A stretch of DNA of 62,869 nt, the filler included, from Chlamydiia bacterium (GTDB lineage Bacteria; Chlamydiota; Chlamydiia; Chlamydiales; FEN-1388), in assembly GCA_903848235.1 (NCBI GenBank). It is 5 parts of 5 records of this genome, joined end to end, with 100 filler letters (N's around TTAATTAATTAA, not from the genome) between each part and the next. Parts side by side here need not be neighbours in the genome. Positions count along the whole stretch, not along the records: positions 1 to 30,316 come from CAINFV010000169.1; 4 more parts are not named here. The stretch is one strand, 5' to 3'. The position numbers were made by a program, and so were the translations under genes. A model generated the notes under the pieces. It did not search any database and was not told where the DNA came from. It was given only the letters and a program-made list of their open reading frames with translations. This document shows, piece by piece, positions 1 to 9,417 of the stretch (its first letter is position 1; each line of letters starts with the position of its first letter).

Positions 1-108
1 CTTGCCATTCCTCAAAATCGCCTCCTCAGATACGCGAGGGGTCTGGTCAACTGCCTTTGGAGTTTTCTCCCCCTCAAGCCTCTCCCTTTAGGGAGGGGTG
101 TGGTTGAC
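1..108 (-). ncRNA. 5' part of IscB/IsrB-type omegaRNA (HEARO-like) / IS200-IS605 transposon end; runs off the window
   Basis: Minus strand reads GTCAACCAC-CCCCTCCCTAAAGGGAGAGGCTTG...GTTGACCAGAC-hairpin-GCGATTTTGAGG. The GTCAAC/GTTGAC stem, CCCTAAAGGG hairpin and GTTGACCAGAC motif are typical of HEARO/omegaRNA. Confidence 0.6.
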
Positions 109-241
109 TCTCCATACACGCCACCTGTTGATAACCATTTCTCAAAATATATTCTCTTTGTTCAAACCTCGCAAGGGAGCCTTCTTGCCTATGTCCCTTT
201 CTTTTCTTAGGCGAGCTTTTTACAAAACTCACACAGATTTT

Positions 242-405
242 TATACCTCTTCTTGTTCAAGAATCGGTTTGATGCTTAAGAAAAAGCTCTCGCGATTCGC
301 CGATCAAAAAAGAGCCAATATTGCAATATGGGCCCTTTTTTGATCGATTGAATCCCGAGGCTTTTTCTAAGCGTGAAATCCGATTTTTGAATAAGAAGAG
401 GTATA
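242..405. repeat. Palindromic MITE/RPE-like element, family A, full length (164 bp)
   Basis: TIRs TATACCTCTTCTTGTTCAAGAATCGG / CCGATTTTTGAATAAGAAGAGGTATA with an inner hairpin; other copies in the window. Confidence 0.85.
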
Positions 406-509
406 ATTTGCACCTAGGACTTGTGCGTGTTTTGCAAAAGACTCTTTACCTCTTCTTTACGACTGTTTGGTATCTGATTCTCGAATTTGTTTTTTCAGGG
501 GGATGAAAC

Positions 510-1892
510 ATGACAGTTGGGATCTATGAAATTCAATCTGAGGCCGCACGGCTATGTTCGGATGCGGAACAGGCATTCGTGGAGCCATATGCTCTTTCCA
601 AAGTCGAAGCTGTGGCAGACCTGGCGGTTGCTCGCTTGTTTAGCCTTGTTGCATGTGCAAAATCCTTTGCTGATACAGTTTTTGTGTTGTGGAGACGTGC
701 GGTGAAAATCATCGCCATTCCTTTTTTGGACTTTTTTTCACTCAACTCTGTCGTTCGTTCCGTCATCGCCACCGTGTTAGGTGTTACTTTGACGGGACTT
801 CGTATTGTAAGCTCTCTGGCAGGAGTGATTTCTCCTGAATTGACATATGGAGTCTTAAGACTTCATCGCTTCTTGCTTCGCCTAGGATTGATCTATAGAT
901 CGCAATTTTCCTACGTGGGAACGCTCCCTCCCCCCTTAAATCAGCTCGAAGGCCGTATCAATGACCAACGATGGCGATGGGGAATCGTGACAAATGCCTT
1001 AGAGAGGATCGATGATGTAGAGGTGCATCATCGACTGCTGCCCAGAGAGGGGTTTGGTATTGACGTGTGGAGTCCTGCAGAACGCCATGCGCTGGCAGAA
1101 GAACTTACCTTTATAGTTGAAGAGTTCGGACGCCCCGTTCAAGTCCCGCATCCCATTCTTGAGGAATTCCAAAAAAGCCTTCCTGCAAATTTCCATAGTG
1201 CTGCCCTGGAATTGTGCCGGCAGGGGATGTACACGAAGGATGAGGTAGAGGACATGGGTACGGCCTTTCTCGCCGTCATGTATAGAGCGACCTACAAATC
1301 AATTGTGGCCTCATTTCGGCTGATAGACAGAGAGCTTTCGGTTCAAAGAGACGAGATTATTTTGACACGTATTCAGGTAGGCGATGGTCAGAGGGTGGTG
1401 CTCAAAGATGTCCGCTTAGAAGACGGCCGCCAGCTCACAGTCAAGGAGGAGCCTGTCCGCAATGGAGCGATCATGAGGTCTGTAACTTTGGTGAGCCCAA
1501 TTGGTATCTCGCATTCCTCTGAAAGAAGAGCATTGCAAGAAGGGGAAAGAGTTTGTCTTGATGATCTGGTGTTAGCAGATGGCCGGCGAGTCGAAGGCAC
1601 AGGTGCAGGCGGGTTAGAGGACTGGAAATCCCAGTTGATAGAAATTCTTCTGCTGTGCCGAGGGATGTCTGCAGCAGATCTTTTTGATCTCTCCTTCTAT
1701 CTTTGCAATGATGAGGAGCGCCTGGCAAGAGCACGGGCTGATCTTCCCATGCTATCTGCCCGCCCAGCCCTTGATCGCTGCTTTAAGCTTATTGTCGAAT
1801 TCTACACCACGTTCGTGGCGCATCATATGCCTTCTAGCGCCACTGCCATGCAAGAAGCGTTTTCACTGCCTGAGATTGCTAATGCGGAATAA
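510..1892 (+). CDS. Hypothetical protein with N-terminal hydrophobic segments (460 aa)
   Basis: Long ORF, GGGGGA RBS-like sequence upstream; no recognised domain. Confidence 0.75.
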   Translation: MTVGIYEIQSEAARLCSDAEQAFVEPYALSKVEAVADLAVARLFSLVACAKSFADTVFVLWRRAVKIIAIPFLDFFSLNSVVRSVIATVLGVTLTGLRIVSSLAGVISPELTYGVLRLHRFLLRLGLIYRSQFSYVGTLPPPLNQLEGRINDQRWRWGIVTNALERIDDVEVHHRLLPREGFGIDVWSPAERHALAEELTFIVEEFGRPVQVPHPILEEFQKSLPANFHSAALELCRQGMYTKDEVEDMGTAFLAVMYRATYKSIVASFRLIDRELSVQRDEIILTRIQVGDGQRVVLKDVRLEDGRQLTVKEEPVRNGAIMRSVTLVSPIGISHSSERRALQEGERVCLDDLVLADGRRVEGTGAGGLEDWKSQLIEILLLCRGMSAADLFDLSFYLCNDEERLARARADLPMLSARPALDRCFKLIVEFYTTFVAHHMPSSATAMQEAFSLPEIANAE

Positions 1893-2062
1893 GGGGTTTA
1901 TTCGCGAGGCCGGCTCTTTGCCCCCTCCGTGCAGTGGGGGCTTTTCTACTTTCTCGCCTTTGCTGCAATGTTTATTTCGTGTATAACTCACGCTTGTTCG
2001 TTCTAATAATAATTAGAAGCGCTTTATAAACTAATTATTTTTATATAAGTAGAGAGATATTT

Positions 2063-3847
2063 ATGAGCATTAAAGATTTCTATCAGAACCTTGGGGGGCA
2101 GCTCGAGATTTTCAAGGGACAGATCTCTGAAGTCGACATGTCTCCAATCCGCGACCGGCTTGCACAGGTGTGTGCCGAATGCTCTGCCGAAAAGACTACA
2201 AAAGAGGCGGCAATCGATGCTCTTTTTGAACTTTCTTCCTATTTTCACCAACGAGCTGCCGAACTTAACCTCCCTGTTTTTTCAGAGACTTTTGATTCCC
2301 TCATCACCAAAAAGATTGAAGTGCTTTCTTCGGGAATTCTTCCTTCTTCTCCAAGGACGCCCTTCGAGGCAATAGAAGGGGAGATTAAAGAGACGGAACA
2401 ACAATTGGCTCAGACTCGAAAATCCATGGACAACTTGCTCTCCATGCAGTCTGGTGATTCTGCTGTACCAGACTTTATATTGGCTGTAGCAAATTGTCTC
2501 GATGATCTTGAGAAGAAGCTAGAAAGACTTATGCGACAGAAAGCTGCTCTCTGTGCTTCACGAAAGATGGAGGCCCCTGTCCCTCTTGGCTGTGCAGGAC
2601 TGAGAAATCGGTCGAATAAATGTTACGCACACGGCTGTTTGAAGGGGTTGTGGGCATCAAAGAAGTTTCGTGAGATTATTGAGCGGAAGGCTTTAGCAAT
2701 TGAAGAATCCCAAAAACACCCAAAAGATGAGGCTCCTCCTCGCCCTCTGACAGCTCTCTACCTTCACCATCTCTTCCTCACCTTTGATGCTACAACGCCA
2801 TCTGAAATCATCGAGCCCGAAGAAAAGGCGATTGGCGATGTCATAAGAGAAATGGCGAAATACCATCCAGGCATTATGGATGGACAAGAAAAGGATTCAG
2901 CAGAATTTCTCAATTGGCTTTTCGATGATATTTTAGATCCACAAGAACACCTGTTTTCGTATGTCGAAGAGAAGCGACGTCCACGGGAGCTGGCCGTTGA
3001 TTTTTGGATTCCGAATATCGATTGCAAAGAGACGACGGACGGAAATCTTTTCATCATTCAACTTCCGAATCAAGAACAGGCACACGTGCGGCCGCAGGCT
3101 GCTTTTGACCCATCTATCGTTGAGGAAGTTATAGACCCTGAAGCCATTCTTAGCTCAGAGAAGAACAAGGAAAAAGATGCGGAGGCCATTTTTGCGAAAT
3201 TGTCTGTGATGCCCCGTTCGGTCCATGTGCGGAAAACAAGACTCTTCCATGGCGAGTCTCCTCCATGTCTCTTTGTCCACCTGTGGCGGCAGATTCATCA
3301 AGTAGATGTACCTCTTGAAAGACTCAAAGAGGATCTTGGGGCACCGTTGATATCAGAACTTCATCTGACCGATGAGGAAGTGCTGAAATTGTGGGGGCGG
3401 AAAGAGAACGTCAAAGTTCCGGTGAAAGTGGAGATTTCGGCACGGCTTTTTATCAATCATGTTGATGGCCACCAGATACCATACACGTTAAAAGGAGTCG
3501 TGGTTCACACGGGTCGTGCAGACGCAGGGCATTATTATGCGTATCTTCCAGTAGATGCGCCGCTCTCCGCCCCTGCGCCTCGGCAGGGCGGTGAGACTCC
3601 TCTCGGTAAAGGAACGCCTGGGGAGCATGGCGACACGGAGGCTGCTCTTCTTGTGGGCAAAGACCGTGAGATGCCATCTGCGCCGCTGCCGTTGAAGCCA
3701 GAGGGGGTCCAGGAGAAGGGTCCTGTTCATGCGCAGTCAGTTGTCCTTCATAATGACCAGCGAGTGGTGCGTTTGCCGTACGGTCCTGATGTGGAGCGGG
3801 AGACTCAAGAACAGGGGTACATCTTGATTTATGATAGGGAAGATTAA
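2063..3847 (+). CDS. USP-family (peptidase C19) deubiquitinase-like effector 1
   Basis: Cys box GLRNRSNKCYAHG, QEKDSAEFL box, His box YTLKGVVVHTGRADAGHYYAY, HND, C-terminal GYILIY. Confidence 0.88.
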   Translation: MSIKDFYQNLGGQLEIFKGQISEVDMSPIRDRLAQVCAECSAEKTTKEAAIDALFELSSYFHQRAAELNLPVFSETFDSLITKKIEVLSSGILPSSPRTPFEAIEGEIKETEQQLAQTRKSMDNLLSMQSGDSAVPDFILAVANCLDDLEKKLERLMRQKAALCASRKMEAPVPLGCAGLRNRSNKCYAHGCLKGLWASKKFREIIERKALAIEESQKHPKDEAPPRPLTALYLHHLFLTFDATTPSEIIEPEEKAIGDVIREMAKYHPGIMDGQEKDSAEFLNWLFDDILDPQEHLFSYVEEKRRPRELAVDFWIPNIDCKETTDGNLFIIQLPNQEQAHVRPQAAFDPSIVEEVIDPEAILSSEKNKEKDAEAIFAKLSVMPRSVHVRKTRLFHGESPPCLFVHLWRQIHQVDVPLERLKEDLGAPLISELHLTDEEVLKLWGRKENVKVPVKVEISARLFINHVDGHQIPYTLKGVVVHTGRADAGHYYAYLPVDAPLSAPAPRQGGETPLGKGTPGEHGDTEAALLVGKDREMPSAPLPLKPEGVQEKGPVHAQSVVLHNDQRVVRLPYGPDVERETQEQGYILIYDRED

Positions 3848-3955
3848 ATTTCGGCGGATTTACTTGTTTAACAAAAACAACAAGAGATGGTAGGTATTGT
3901 AATTTACAATTAATCTGTATATTCATATAATAATGTCCAAATTAAGTGGAGAAAA

Positions 3956-5893
3956 ATGAATATTTCAAGTTTTTGTGATACTCTCTCTTCAAGGTTGGAT
4001 GAGTTTGCGCCAAGTTTCCCTGGCAAGGAGCCTGCTCCAATACACGAGATGCATGTTGCGATAAACAAGTTCAAAGCTTTTTTTGGAGAGCATTCTCCAC
4101 GGGATGCTACGACCAAAGCTCTTGCTGCCCTCTCGATGAATATCCGAATTCAGTCTTCCAAACTGCAGGCAGAGGTCATTTCAGATACATTAGGACTCCT
4201 CATTGCCAAGAAGATCGAGGAGCTGTCGTCCGCAGCGTTTTCTTCCCAGAAAAAGAGCGGAGAGATGCCTCCCTCCCCATCCTCCCCTCCTTCTCCCTCA
4301 CACCCAACACCTTCAGCGCTTGATAGAGAAATCCAGGCGACGGAACAACAGCTCGCTGTAACTCGAAAATCTCTGGCTGACTTCTACGCAAAACCTCCGG
4401 AAGGAGACGAGGCAGAAGCGACCCTTATCGCGATGACAGGAAGTGAGGCTGCTCTCGAGCAAAAGCTCGAACAATTACACAAAGAGAAGTCCCCCCCGCC
4501 GCCACCCGTCCCTCTCCATGCCCCTTCATTTCCAGTGCCTTCAGCGCTTGATAGAGAAATCCAAGCAACGGAACAACAGCTCGCTGTGGTTCGAAAATCT
4601 TTGGCTGACTTCTTCGCAAAACCTCCGGAAGGAGACGAGGCAGAAGCGACCCTTATCGCGATGACAGGAAGTGAGGCCGCCCTTGAGCAGAAGCTCGAAC
4701 AATTACAAAAAGAAAAAGCTCTCGTCAGCACGCCCCCGAGTATTCATGAGTGTGCAGGGTTGAGGAATGAGGGGAATAAATGTTACGTGCATGGCTGCTT
4801 AAAGGGATTATGGGCATCGAAGAAATTTCGTGAGATTGTTGAGCGCAAGGCCGCCGCCCTCGAATCCGCCGAAGGAGCTCCAGTGCGACCTCTTACGGCG
4901 ATCTTTCTGAGCCGGCTGTTTTTGACGTTTGATGCCACGAAGTCATCTGAAATCATCGAGCCGGAAGAACGAGCGATTCAGGAACTTCTCAGGGAAATGG
5001 CGAAATACCATCCTTTTGTCGGAGAGGGGCGGCAGCAGGATGCAACAGAATTTTTAAATTGCCTGTTTGGCGACCTGTTCGATGCAGATGAGGCGTTGTT
5101 TACCTATGTCGAACGAAAACAACGTCCCGTAGCGCTGAAAGATGCTCATTTCTGTATCCCTGCTATCGACCTGCCATCGACCGTCCGAGGAAATCTTTTT
5201 GTCCTTCAGCTGCCAGCCCAAGAGGGGGCTCGGGTGAGCGTTCAGGAAGGTTTTGAGCCAACGTTTATCACAGAAGACATCGAAAAAGAAGCTGTTCTTA
5301 CATCGGATCAGAACAAAGACAAAGACGCAGGGATGATCTTTGAAGAATTATCCAAAACACCTCCAGAAGTAGAGGTGATGCGAGAGCGTATTTTCCAAGG
5401 GACTCCTCCCCCATGCCTGTGTATCCATCTCTGGCGGCAGATTAAGAATGTTGACGTCCCGATGGAAAAAATCAAGAAAGAGGTAGATGCCTCGGTACTC
5501 GCTCTTGGCTTGTCCGATGATGAGCTGAAAAAAATTTGCGGGCGCACGGAGGGAATCAAAGTTCCAGTGTCTGTTGACATTCCTCCTGAAGTGACGATCC
5601 ATCATGCCGAGCTGAACAGGATGCGCTATAAGCTACAAGGGGTGATCATTCACTCTGGACAGGCTGGCTCAGGACATTACTATTCTTATCTTCCAGAAGA
5701 TGGAGCTTCTGCATCTGATAGCCGAGAGCCTGCTGCGGCAGCGGAAGCGGAAGCACCGCGCGATGATGCCGCCAAGGGCCTGTCTTTTGTTCGCCATGAT
5801 GACGCACGAGTGTACTCAGTGCCTTATGACAGGGCGCTGGCGAAAGAAATGGAAGAAAAGGCCTATGTTTTGATCTACGATAAAATAGATTGA
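3956..5893 (+). CDS. USP-family (peptidase C19) deubiquitinase-like effector 2, paralog of 2063..3847
   Basis: GLRNEGNKCYVHG, QQDATEFL, YKLQGVIIHSGQAGSGHYYSY, HDD, AYVLIY. Confidence 0.9.
   Translation: MNISSFCDTLSSRLDEFAPSFPGKEPAPIHEMHVAINKFKAFFGEHSPRDATTKALAALSMNIRIQSSKLQAEVISDTLGLLIAKKIEELSSAAFSSQKKSGEMPPSPSSPPSPSHPTPSALDREIQATEQQLAVTRKSLADFYAKPPEGDEAEATLIAMTGSEAALEQKLEQLHKEKSPPPPPVPLHAPSFPVPSALDREIQATEQQLAVVRKSLADFFAKPPEGDEAEATLIAMTGSEAALEQKLEQLQKEKALVSTPPSIHECAGLRNEGNKCYVHGCLKGLWASKKFREIVERKAAALESAEGAPVRPLTAIFLSRLFLTFDATKSSEIIEPEERAIQELLREMAKYHPFVGEGRQQDATEFLNCLFGDLFDADEALFTYVERKQRPVALKDAHFCIPAIDLPSTVRGNLFVLQLPAQEGARVSVQEGFEPTFITEDIEKEAVLTSDQNKDKDAGMIFEELSKTPPEVEVMRERIFQGTPPPCLCIHLWRQIKNVDVPMEKIKKEVDASVLALGLSDDELKKICGRTEGIKVPVSVDIPPEVTIHHAELNRMRYKLQGVIIHSGQAGSGHYYSYLPEDGASASDSREPAAAAEAEAPRDDAAKGLSFVRHDDARVYSVPYDRALAKEMEEKAYVLIYDKID
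4310..4717 (+). repeat. Near-identical in-frame duplication (180 bp, period 228 bp) of a coiled-coil module
   Basis: 4310-4489 vs 4538-4717 (PSALDREIQATEQQLAV...EQKLEQL.KEK). Confidence 0.9.
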
Positions 5894-5946
5894 GGTGGCT
5901 TTTTTTTAAGCTCTTCCCCTATCTCTCCTCTTATGATAAATGGCGC

Positions 5947-5976
5947 TATACCTCTTCTTGAACAAGAAGAGGTATA
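5947..5976. repeat. Collapsed family A MITE (fused TIRs)
   Basis: TATACCTCTTCTTGAACAAGAAGAGGTATA. Confidence 0.8.
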
Positions 5977-5988
5977 GCATTATCCTTA

Positions 5989-6030
5989 AAACCCAAGTTG
6001 CCACCTATTCGTTAGGGGCAACTTGAGTTT
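5989..6030. repeat. Collapsed copy of the 62491..62652 palindromic element
   Basis: AAACCCAAGTTGCCACCTATTCGTTAGGGGCAACTTGAGTTT. Confidence 0.8.
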
Positions 6031-6085
6031 AAAAGACTGTGCAACGAAAAACGATTTGTGAAATTTACTTGAGGAGTCTTCCCCC

Positions 6086-7159
6086 ATGGGTACAACGGAA
6101 AGAAAACGAGTGATCTCTGGTGACCGGCCTACAGGGCGCCTTCACCTTGGACATTATGTTGGGTCGATTGTCAGTCGAGTTGCCCTTCAGGAAAAATATG
6201 ACTGCTTCTTTTTTATCGCCGATATCCATGCGCTGACAACAAAACGAGAAAAAGAAGAGATCATCCAGATGCGAGAGAACATCCGCGAAATGATGATCGA
6301 CTACCTCAGCTGTGGCATCGACCCCAAGCTCTCTACAATCTACCTGCAGTCTGCCATTCCTGCTGTCTATGAGCTGAACCTTTTGTTTGAGATGTTTGTC
6401 ACGGTAAACCGTCTTGCGGGCTTGCCTAGCATCAAAGAAATGGTGAAAAATGCGCATATAGATCCAGAAAGCGTGCCCTTTGGGCTCATTGGCTACCCAG
6501 TGCTTATGGCAGCTGATATCGTCCTTCCAAAGGCAGATCTGGTGCCTGTTGGCAAGGATAACGAAGCTCATGTGGAGATCACCCGCGACATCGTTCGGAA
6601 GTTCAACCTCACCTATGGATCGTCGTTCCCCCTTCCTGACTTCCTCCCCAGTGAACACCCTGTGCTCATAGGGACCGATGGCAAGGGGAAGATGAGTAAG
6701 TCCGCGGGAAACTGCATCCTCCTCTCCGACGATGCAAAGGCTGTGGAGAAGAAGATTGCTGGTGCATATACAGATCCTAAGAGGATTCATGCCGATGTGC
6801 CAGGAACGGTGGAAGGAAATCCGATTTTCATCTACCACGATATCTTCAACCCTAACAAAGATGAAGTAGCATCCTTCAAAGAGCGATATCAACAAGGGAC
6901 GATAGGCGACGTCGAAGTTAAGCAGTCTCTTGCTGCTGCTATAAACCTCTTCCTCGATCCTATTCGCGAGAAACGACGCGCTCTTGAACGTGAGAAGGGA
7001 TATGTCGAGTCTATCATCTATGAAGGGACAGAGCGTATGGCAGACATTGCTGCCGACACCCTCAAAGAGATGAAAAGTGCTATGGGTCTCTCGGGGACAT
7101 GGAATAAAATATCCCGCATAGCACGGGAGTATGAAGAACGGAAGGCCTCCGCAATATAA
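6086..7159 (+). CDS. trpS: Tryptophan--tRNA ligase
   Basis: [14 protein letters not shown] (HIGH motif), [14 protein letters not shown]. Confidence 0.97.
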   Translation: MGTTERKRVISGDRPTGRLHLGHYVGSIVSRVALQEKYDCFFFIADIHALTTKREKEEIIQMRENIREMMIDYLSCGIDPKLSTIYLQSAIPAVYELNLLFEMFVTVNRLAGLPSIKEMVKNAHIDPESVPFGLIGYPVLMAADIVLPKADLVPVGKDNEAHVEITRDIVRKFNLTYGSSFPLPDFLPSEHPVLIGTDGKGKMSKSAGNCILLSDDAKAVEKKIAGAYTDPKRIHADVPGTVEGNPIFIYHDIFNPNKDEVASFKERYQQGTIGDVEVKQSLAAAINLFLDPIREKRRALEREKGYVESIIYEGTERMADIAADTLKEMKSAMGLSGTWNKISRIAREYEERKASAI

Positions 7160-9145
7160 ATGATGTTTGAACTCGTCACGCCATATGCCCCATGCGGGGA
7201 TCAAGAAGAAGCAATTGAAGCTCTCACACGGGGTGCTGCCGCAGGACTGCCAGCGCAGGTGCTCCTTGGCGTGACAGGTTCTGGAAAGACGTTTACCATG
7301 GCCAACGTCATTGCCAACTGCAACAGGCCGGCGTTGATCATCGCTCATAACAAGACCCTCGCTGCACAGCTCTACCAGGAGTTTCGATCCTTCTTCCCCC
7401 GCAATGCTGTTGAATACTTCGTCTCTTACTACGACTACTACCAGCCTGAAGCGTATGTGCCAAGGACCGACACCTATATCGAAAAAGACTCTGCGATCAA
7501 TGACCGTATTGATACCATGCGGCTGTCTGCTACGCGCTCGCTCTTAGAACGGCGTGATGTGATCATCGTTGCCTCTGTATCCTGTATCTATGGCCTTGGC
7601 CTGCCGGAATACTACCGCCAGATGAACCTCTCCCTTGAGGTGGGGCAGAACAAGAAGCGCGATGAGATTCTCATCCAGCTTGTGGAGATGCAGTATGCAC
7701 GGTCAGACTTTGACCTGACGCGGAAGACATTTCGCTCGAAGGGGGATACCCTCGACATCTTCCCTGCCTATGAAGAGGAGATCGCCGTTCGCATTGAGTT
7801 TTTTGACACTGCTATCGAACGCATTAGCCTCATCGACCCTCTTACCTCCAAGCGTTTGAAAACGCTCTCTACGGTCACCATCTATGCTGGCTCTCACCAC
7901 GTCACGCCAGAGCAGGTGCGGGAGCAGGCTGCCATGTCCATCCGCCAGGAGCTCGAAGAGCGCCATGCAGCGTTTATCAAGGACAGCCGTCTGCTCGAAG
8001 CACAGCGGCTCCATGAGCGCGTCACCTATGACATAGAGCTGCTCAAAGAGGTCGGCACCTGCAAGGGCATTGAAAACTACTCACGCCATTTCAGCCAGCG
8101 CCTTCCTGGGCAGCCGCCGCCATGCCTCCTTGACTATTTTCCTGATGACGTTCTTCTTTTTATCGATGAGTCCCACCAAACCGTCCCTCAGCTTGGTGCT
8201 ATGTGCAATGGAGACCGCGCTCGTAAGCAGTCGCTGATTGAATATGGCTTTCGTCTGCCGTCTGCCTATGACAACCGTCCTCTTGCCTTCGAAGAGTTTA
8301 AAAGTCGTATCAAGCAGGTCATCTACGTCTCTGCAACACCCGCTGCTTTTGAGATTACCCACTCTGGAGGGACTGTTGTCGAGCAGATCCTCCGGCCGAC
8401 AGGGCTCCTCGACCCCGTCATCGAGGTGCGTCCTGCAGCAACACAGGTCGACGACTGCCTCGAAGAGATTCGCCGGGAAAAAGATAAGGGCGGTAAGATC
8501 CTTGTCACCACGCTCACCAAGCGTCTGGCTGAAGAGCTGACAGCCTACCTATTGGAGCTTGGTGTCAAGGCTCGCTACCTCCATTCAGACATCGACGTCC
8601 TCGAACGTTTGCGTATTGTCCATGACTTACGAATAGGCGGCTTTGATGTTCTTGTGGGCATCAACCTCCTCAGAGAAGGGCTTGACATTCCAGAGGTGTC
8701 TCTTGTCACTATCCTCGATGCTGATAAAGAGGGGTTCCTCCGTTCGCAGACCTCTCTTGTCCAGATCTGTGGGCGTGCTGCCCGGAATGCTAATGGCCGT
8801 GTGATCATGTACGCTGATACGATGACCACGTCGATTCAGAATACGATATCGGTCACCACATTGCGGCGCGAGAAGCAATCTGCCTATAACGCTCTCCATA
8901 ACATCACGCCGACAACCATCATCAGAAAGGCGGAGCTGCTGAAGTTTGCTTCAGAAGAGGCTCATATATCAGATGCCGAGCAACTTGTGGATGTTGTTTC
9001 GATCAGAAGATCGATCAAAGAGTGGGAAGCGGCTATGAAAAAAGCTGCTAAGGAATACCGCTTTGAAGATGCGGCTACCGCCCGCGATACCATCCGCCGC
9101 TTACAGCAGCTTGAGATGGGTTGCACCGAAAGTATACCTATTTAA
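7160..9145 (+). CDS. uvrB: Excinuclease ABC subunit B
   Basis: GVTGSGKT, YYDYYQPEAY, DESH, GINLLREGLD, C-terminal UVR motif. Confidence 0.98.
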   Translation: MMFELVTPYAPCGDQEEAIEALTRGAAAGLPAQVLLGVTGSGKTFTMANVIANCNRPALIIAHNKTLAAQLYQEFRSFFPRNAVEYFVSYYDYYQPEAYVPRTDTYIEKDSAINDRIDTMRLSATRSLLERRDVIIVASVSCIYGLGLPEYYRQMNLSLEVGQNKKRDEILIQLVEMQYARSDFDLTRKTFRSKGDTLDIFPAYEEEIAVRIEFFDTAIERISLIDPLTSKRLKTLSTVTIYAGSHHVTPEQVREQAAMSIRQELEERHAAFIKDSRLLEAQRLHERVTYDIELLKEVGTCKGIENYSRHFSQRLPGQPPPCLLDYFPDDVLLFIDESHQTVPQLGAMCNGDRARKQSLIEYGFRLPSAYDNRPLAFEEFKSRIKQVIYVSATPAAFEITHSGGTVVEQILRPTGLLDPVIEVRPAATQVDDCLEEIRREKDKGGKILVTTLTKRLAEELTAYLLELGVKARYLHSDIDVLERLRIVHDLRIGGFDVLVGINLLREGLDIPEVSLVTILDADKEGFLRSQTSLVQICGRAARNANGRVIMYADTMTTSIQNTISVTTLRREKQSAYNALHNITPTTIIRKAELLKFASEEAHISDAEQLVDVVSIRRSIKEWEAAMKKAAKEYRFEDAATARDTIRRLQQLEMGCTESIPI

Positions 9146-9295
9146 GTTCAAGAATCGGCTTTTGCCATAGCCGAAAACCCCATCTTCGCTTCCAGAAAAT
9201 CAGCCCATATATCTAATAGTGGGCCTTTTTTTCGAAATCAAATCTGGAGCTTTCGGCGTTGGCAAATTCTCAATTCTTGAACTTAAGTGGGAATA
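9133..9295. repeat. Palindromic MITE, family A-related variant (163 bp), overlapping the uvrB stop codon
   Basis: TIRs TATACCTATTTAAGTTCAAGAATCG / CAATTCTTGAACTTAAGTGGGAATA. Confidence 0.75.
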
Positions 9296-9417
9296 CTGTT
9301 TAACGCTGCAGAAAATTAAAAAAACATTTACAAATGAGAAAACGATACGGCGAGAGGGAGCTGCTCCATCTTGATATCTTTTTTCTGAAAAACACATTTT
9401 CTAGAGTGGGGGTCGCC

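Noticed and set aside
98..506. Short ORFs 98..343 and 321..506 (also 48914..49223)
   Set aside because: Translations of MITE sequence; no independent coding evidence.
6065..7348. 427-aa minus-strand ORF
   Set aside because: Antisense shadow of trpS/uvrB with no motifs.
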